Positions 59,148 to 64,000 of a stretch of DNA of 64,000 nucleotides are shown here, piece by piece. The translations under genes were made by a program, and so were the position numbers. The first letter of the stretch is position 1, and every line of letters starts with the position of its first letter. Under the pieces are notes generated by a model that was not told where the DNA came from, made no database searches, and saw only the letters and a program-made list of their open reading frames with translations. Source of the stretch: a virus (taxonomy: Duplodnaviria > Heunggongvirae > Uroviricota > Caudoviricetes); IMG/VR virus record IMGVR_UViG_3300029288_000055, positions 96,001 through 160,000 of that record. One strand, 5' to 3'.

Positions 59148-61211
59148 ATGAATAAATCACAACGTATTTTTTTAAACAACAATGCTGCAATTGCAGATAG
59201 TCATATAACTGTTAAACTTGATCAGGATGTTGATACACTTGAATTTCTTTCTATGAGTCTTAGCACTAAAGATGTATATCAAGATTTTAATGCAGATTAT
59301 GGAGTTTTAATAGGAAGAGTTCTTGCCAATGGTGGTATTGGCATACCAAATGCTAAAATAAGTATTTTTATTCCATTAACAGATGAAGATGCTAATAACA
59401 GTGAAATTAGTAGCATTTATCCATATATAAATCCAACCGACAAAAATAACGAAGGCAAGAGATATAATTTATTGCCACGTGTTTCTCAAGTTAATTCATT
59501 TGGCATTTCATCTCCTAAACAACCCTTTGGCTCATTTCCTATTAAACCCGAACTTGTAACTAATCTTGAATTTCTCAATGTTTATAAAAAATATTATAAA
59601 TATACTGCACTAACTAATGGTTCTGGTGATTATATGATTTTTGGAGTACCAATAGGAACACAAACAGTTCATTTAAGTGTCGATATAACTGATATTGGTA
59701 AATTTAGTATGACACCTGCTTCTATGGTAACAAATTTAGGGTATTCACCAAATTTATTTACTGATAACGGTTCTAAAATAAAACTAAGTACCGATTTGAA
59801 TGACTTACCAAATATTGAAACACAAGAAATTAGTGTAGATATTGTACCTTTTTGGGGAGATACTGAAAATTTTACTATTGGCATTACTCGTCAAGATTTT
59901 AGAATTCGTTCAGTATTAAATAATACTTTTGTTTTATTTGGCAGTTCATTTACTGATGGTGATAATTCAATGTGGGGTGAAGAATCGCATTCTGCGGTAC
60001 GTGTAGGTGAATTATTTCGTGCCAGAAATGATGCAAATACTACAGTTGGTATGTATTCTAAAAGAAATGGTAGAATTACTGAAAAAATTTATTACTATCC
60101 CCCAACAGTTACAGACGCACAAATTAATTCAGGCAGTGTTGACCCAACAACCCAAATGTTAGTATTAGACCCTTCTGAATATTCAACATATAAAAGAGAC
60201 GGTGATTTTGTATTTATTGTTAGTTGTAATCGTGCTAAAATAATTACAGATGATTTTGGAAACGAAGTATCAGTGCCATTTGATTCAATTAACGGTATTT
60301 TTACTGAATTTAGAGGATTTGTTACACTTGAATATACTAACGATGCAATTCCAATGAATTTTACTGGAAGTATTGGTGCAGATTCAAAACTCGTACCATT
60401 AAGATATAAATTAAAATTTCCACAATATGCTGCACGTAATGCAAGTTTCGCTAAAGCGGAAAATACTAACACTAATAATTGGAGAAAAATAAGTTTTAAA
60501 TTTATTGGTGGAAAATTATATAGCTTTGCAAAATTTCATGGATTAACATATAATGAAGATTATCCAGATGCTGATCAATTTTTTCAAGATCATAGTGATA
60601 ATAATGGATTTTTTAGAAAAACCACACCTAATCTACCAACAAACGACCCTTTCTGGAACGTAGGTATAATAGTAAACGGTAATTATGGTAATTATATCAA
60701 TTCAAATCAACAATTTCCATCTAATGCTACAAATGGTAGTATGGGGGGAGTTTTTGGAGCAAACTGGATGAATTTAAGTATATATTTTCCACAAATCGGA
60801 TTTCAATCTGAAGGTTCTTGGAGAAGTTTACGAGTTTATTCAGCAGATAACTTTGCAAGACAAACAGAAGATAACACAGATAATAGTTTCTTTTTCTTTG
60901 ATAACACACAAAAAATTGCAGCAAGTGAATTTAATACAAAATGGTTTGCCCGTTCAGACTTAAATTGGACAGATATTATTGAAATACCTAAACAAGATAT
61001 ATTGGCAATGAATAATGTTACAAAAAAAGGATTTACCGAATTAGACCCAGCAACGCCACTTGGTAATACATATCGTAATAAAACAAAAATACCAACTGGA
61101 TGGGCAGCAGCATGTCCAATTACCGCAGGGGTTGGTTCGAACACATATTTTTACAAGGGTATTAATAAGGCTAATTGTATTGAATTTGTTGTTTCTTTAG
61201 GACTTGTATAA
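59148..61211 (+). CDS. Probable virion structural protein
   Basis: Long ORF, GTATTTAT at 59125-59132; start taken at MNKSQ. Confidence 0.55.
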   Translation: MNKSQRIFLNNNAAIADSHITVKLDQDVDTLEFLSMSLSTKDVYQDFNADYGVLIGRVLANGGIGIPNAKISIFIPLTDEDANNSEISSIYPYINPTDKNNEGKRYNLLPRVSQVNSFGISSPKQPFGSFPIKPELVTNLEFLNVYKKYYKYTALTNGSGDYMIFGVPIGTQTVHLSVDITDIGKFSMTPASMVTNLGYSPNLFTDNGSKIKLSTDLNDLPNIETQEISVDIVPFWGDTENFTIGITRQDFRIRSVLNNTFVLFGSSFTDGDNSMWGEESHSAVRVGELFRARNDANTTVGMYSKRNGRITEKIYYYPPTVTDAQINSGSVDPTTQMLVLDPSEYSTYKRDGDFVFIVSCNRAKIITDDFGNEVSVPFDSINGIFTEFRGFVTLEYTNDAIPMNFTGSIGADSKLVPLRYKLKFPQYAARNASFAKAENTNTNNWRKISFKFIGGKLYSFAKFHGLTYNEDYPDADQFFQDHSDNNGFFRKTTPNLPTNDPFWNVGIIVNGNYGNYINSNQQFPSNATNGSMGGVFGANWMNLSIYFPQIGFQSEGSWRSLRVYSADNFARQTEDNTDNSFFFFDNTQKIAASEFNTKWFARSDLNWTDIIEIPKQDILAMNNVTKKGFTELDPATPLGNTYRNKTKIPTGWAAACPITAGVGSNTYFYKGINKANCIEFVVSLGLV

Positions 61212-61214
61212 AAT

Positions 61215-61241
61215 AAAAAAATCCCTCAATTGAGGGATTTT
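61215..61241. terminator. Terminator between convergent genes
   Basis: aaaatccctcaattgagggatttt palindrome. Confidence 0.7.
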
Positions 61242-61251
61242 GTTCTTGGAA

Positions 61252-61719
61252 TTATTTTTGCTTTGTCAGCGTATATATTCCATGTATTGGAAATAAATTA
61301 TTTGATGAAGGTGCGCTTTCAAATTTTAACTTAAGTATCGTACCATTAAATGTTTCAGCATTTTCAATTACGAAATTATATACTGGTGTACCTTCAGTAA
61401 GTGTATTTTTCAATGTTATTATGTTATTGGACAAAGTATAAGGGTACTCTCTATTATCAGATTTACATGCATCCTTAACTATCACAGTAGTTTTTGTCAT
61501 ACTGTTAAGACTAAGAGTTGTCAAATAGTATAAATCCAATGCGATATCACAACCAGTCATTGTTTTACCATTAAACTCAAGAGAAGTAAAATTCCAATTA
61601 CCAACTAAATCATTGGTAGTAATAGCATTTGGAATAGGAGTGTCATTTGATTTTTCACAACTGGTACTCATGAGTATCAGTGAAAACATTAAAGCTAAAA
61701 CATAAGTAAATTTTTTCAT
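61252..61719 (-). CDS. Lipocalin-like lipoprotein
   Basis: Signal MKKF..hydrophobic..STSC lipobox, LVGNW motif. Confidence 0.7.
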   Translation of the reverse strand: MKKFTYVLALMFSLILMSTSCEKSNDTPIPNAITTNDLVGNWNFTSLEFNGKTMTGCDIALDLYYLTTLSLNSMTKTTVIVKDACKSDNREYPYTLSNNIITLKNTLTEGTPVYNFVIENAETFNGTILKLKFESAPSSNNLFPIHGIYTLTKQK

Positions 61720-61829
61720 AATTTTAAAATTTTTATTGGTTAAACATAATACTTATACGTATTCTTATTTAAAAAGGTTACAAATTTCATAAAAAATTTT
61801 CAAGGTATTTATAGTAAAGAATTAATAGC

Positions 61830-63011
61830 GTGGAAATATTACTTAACAGCTTAAAGAATGTCAATTCAGTCAATGTTGATAACTATGAAAAGATTGAACT
61901 ATCACGTAAAGTATCATTAATTAACGAATACGATATCGGAAACATTCTGAGTGCCACTGAATTATTTGACACTGAAAGAGAAGCAAATGAAAACTATAGA
62001 ATTTATGGTAAAATTGAATATATGTCATTATTAAATGGTTTAAGAAATAATTATAAAATATTCTCCGATTTTTTCAGTCCACAATATAGTGGTAATAGTA
62101 AAAATGTTCTCAATTCATTTGATTTTTATCTTGTTAAACCAGCAATCAGTGGATACACACAAATTGTTAGTGGTGGTAGTACTATATTATGGACAAGATA
62201 TTTTCAAGTTATTGCAACACCAAATGACTTTGAAATATTTCCTGTAGGTTTTTCAAATAATGTTTATGGTGAACAAGCATATGCATTTAATTTCAATAAA
62301 GATTTTGATGTTTCATCATATGTTGATCAATTTGGATTTCCTCTAACTGAATTATTTTTATATGCACAATATAAACCAACATCAAACGGTAATAATAGTT
62401 CTGAAATATTATCAGGTACTGTATGGTCATCAGTGGGAGTACCAAGTAAGTTTGCTTTTGCGCCAATAGCATTTAATACTGGTGATACTATACAATCATT
62501 TTTTGGTGCTAAAATTGGTGATTTAATCGAATATTCAAAATCAGAATTTCTTCAATTAGAATTATCACCACAAACATTTTATATTCAAACCTCTTATAAA
62601 GATAATTTAAATGTTATACGTACATTATTGTGGAAATATAATCCTTTTATTCCATTTCATTTAAGATATTTTGCAAGCGAATTAAATCTTGTGAATACTG
62701 GAAATACATCATATGATCAAACTATTGCAATTCCATATTATGCAACAAAATTAGATAATTTTGGAAATTATGTATGGAGAGATATTTTGTCACAAGGATA
62801 TATAGACCCTACAAGCAATTTAGGCGTTGATTATCCTTTTGTGAATAAAAGAAGATATTTATTTTCAAATATAATATTAGATATAACACCAGATTTGAAT
62901 GACCCAAATACTTTGGCTGCATTCCAAGAAGTATGGTTCAGTAGATTTGCAACTAAATTAACAGTAACTCCGACCAGTGACATTAATAATATTGGAAAGC
63001 CATGTCTATAA
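61830..63011 (+). CDS. Probable virion structural protein
   Basis: 393 aa; GTATTTAT at 61805-61812. Confidence 0.5.
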   Translation: MEILLNSLKNVNSVNVDNYEKIELSRKVSLINEYDIGNILSATELFDTEREANENYRIYGKIEYMSLLNGLRNNYKIFSDFFSPQYSGNSKNVLNSFDFYLVKPAISGYTQIVSGGSTILWTRYFQVIATPNDFEIFPVGFSNNVYGEQAYAFNFNKDFDVSSYVDQFGFPLTELFLYAQYKPTSNGNNSSEILSGTVWSSVGVPSKFAFAPIAFNTGDTIQSFFGAKIGDLIEYSKSEFLQLELSPQTFYIQTSYKDNLNVIRTLLWKYNPFIPFHLRYFASELNLVNTGNTSYDQTIAIPYYATKLDNFGNYVWRDILSQGYIDPTSNLGVDYPFVNKRRYLFSNIILDITPDLNDPNTLAAFQEVWFSRFATKLTVTPTSDINNIGKPCL

Positions 63012-63826
63012 TAAGAGAAAAAATAAAATTTAATAGTAGTGGTTCGAGTCTCAACATTTCTTTAGGTTCAAACAGTAATTTTATTGAATATCAACAAGAT
63101 ATTGATAGATTAACACAATTTACTGGTCTTGATTTGGTAAATCCTGTTATTGATGGAGAAGAAAGAAGATTCAAATTAAATCCAACTCCAAATGCTGTAA
63201 TAACACTAAAATTTCAATTTTATGCTTCATTTATGTCTGCATATGATACATCTGGTTATGGATTTATTGCTGCTGGCTTTACATATGATGAAATACATTT
63301 ATTTAGTGCCAATTTGCTTAATAGTTTTTTTATTTTGGATTTCTATGATACTTTTGATATTAATAATCAGACAAAAATATTTACCACATATTTAACTAAA
63401 TTAACTATACCGCCAACTTCATATTTACCCGAATATACAATTGGTGCAAGTACTAATAATCAATTATATCGCTGGTATGTTCCATTATCATATTTTACTG
63501 GCTCAACAATGATAGGATATGTTAAATTTAGTTTTTTTAATGCTAAAACAGGCAAAGTAACATTATTTTTTAATGAAGATAATGACATTGCTGGAATTCA
63601 GGAAACACCAATGAAAATATTCTTCAAAACACAATTGGATATAACCAACATGACATGGAAATTCATAACCACATCATATCCAATAATAAAAGCGAAAGAA
63701 GTTATAAATAACACATTGTATATCAATAAGGTTAATAATACTATTGTTAATAAAGATAATTTACAACAAAATCCTCCAAGTGGTACTACTTATGATTATA
63801 AGACAAATACTTATCTCATAATATAA
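63002..63826 (+). CDS. Probable virion structural protein
   Basis: 274 aa, overlaps upstream gene. Confidence 0.5.
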   Translation: MSIIREKIKFNSSGSSLNISLGSNSNFIEYQQDIDRLTQFTGLDLVNPVIDGEERRFKLNPTPNAVITLKFQFYASFMSAYDTSGYGFIAAGFTYDEIHLFSANLLNSFFILDFYDTFDINNQTKIFTTYLTKLTIPPTSYLPEYTIGASTNNQLYRWYVPLSYFTGSTMIGYVKFSFFNAKTGKVTLFFNEDNDIAGIQETPMKIFFKTQLDITNMTWKFITTSYPIIKAKEVINNTLYINKVNNTIVNKDNLQQNPPSGTTYDYKTNTYLII

Positions 63827-64000
63827 CCAATTTTTGTTTTTCTAAGAGTTTTTACAATTTCAAATTCTTTTTCATCTTGAATAAAACCAAGAATTTTAAG
63901 AGCATATTTTGATACGAAGAATCTATCACCATCAATATTTTCAATAGGATTAGCTTCAGCAAAACCTTCAAATAATAATGGTAATGGATTGCCCTTAATA
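63811..64000 (-). CDS. 3' end of a gene entering from beyond the window (possible neck/tail-completion protein)
   Basis: Open frame IKGNPLPLLFEG...LGFIQDEKEFEIVK..IMR*. Confidence 0.55.
   Translation of the reverse strand, partial: IKGNPLPLLFEGFAEANPIENIDGDRFFVSKYALKILGFIQDEKEFEIVKTLRKTKIGYIMR

Noticed and set aside
506-61144. Many short ORFs antisense or out of frame to long genes
   Set aside because: Shadow ORFs of real genes without motifs or independent signals

Overview
AT-rich, gene-dense segment of a large (jumbo-type) myovirus, most likely infecting Bacteroidota: several TTG-N19/20-TAnnTTTG promoters and a Bacteroidota-type lipoprotein point to that host. It carries virion genes (fibre-like paralogs, baseplate, gp5-like spike, tail tube, sheath, tape measure with a probable -1 frameshifted chaperone), replication genes (intein-containing DnaB-like helicase, 5'-3' exonuclease, RecA/UvsX, gp32-like SSB, gp55-like sigma), a ~12.5 kb ADP-heptose/amino-sugar/glycosyltransferase cluster and several homing-type endonucleases. 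The most striking element is the ~1.3 kb non-coding stretch at 6.8-8.1 kb (minus strand). It is an array of chimeric structured RNAs. Five units share a fixed-spacing module (RRARAAC-N10-TAYAGWA whose N10 pairs with the far end of the unit), and each carries a different, mostly tRNA-derived cargo: a circularly permuted tRNA-Ser(GCU), an isolated Ser(UGA) anticodon stem-loop, a degenerate cloverleaf, an inside-out unit in an acceptor/T-arm scaffold, and a GC hairpin. The array has its own promoter, boxA-like sites and terminator, and lies directly upstream of a helical+vWA (TROVE/Ro60-like) gene and an ARPP-1/DUF6569-like gene, suggesting a phage Ro/Y-RNA-like RNP system with multiple tRNA mimics. 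All protein calls come from motif recognition by eye; no database search was run.
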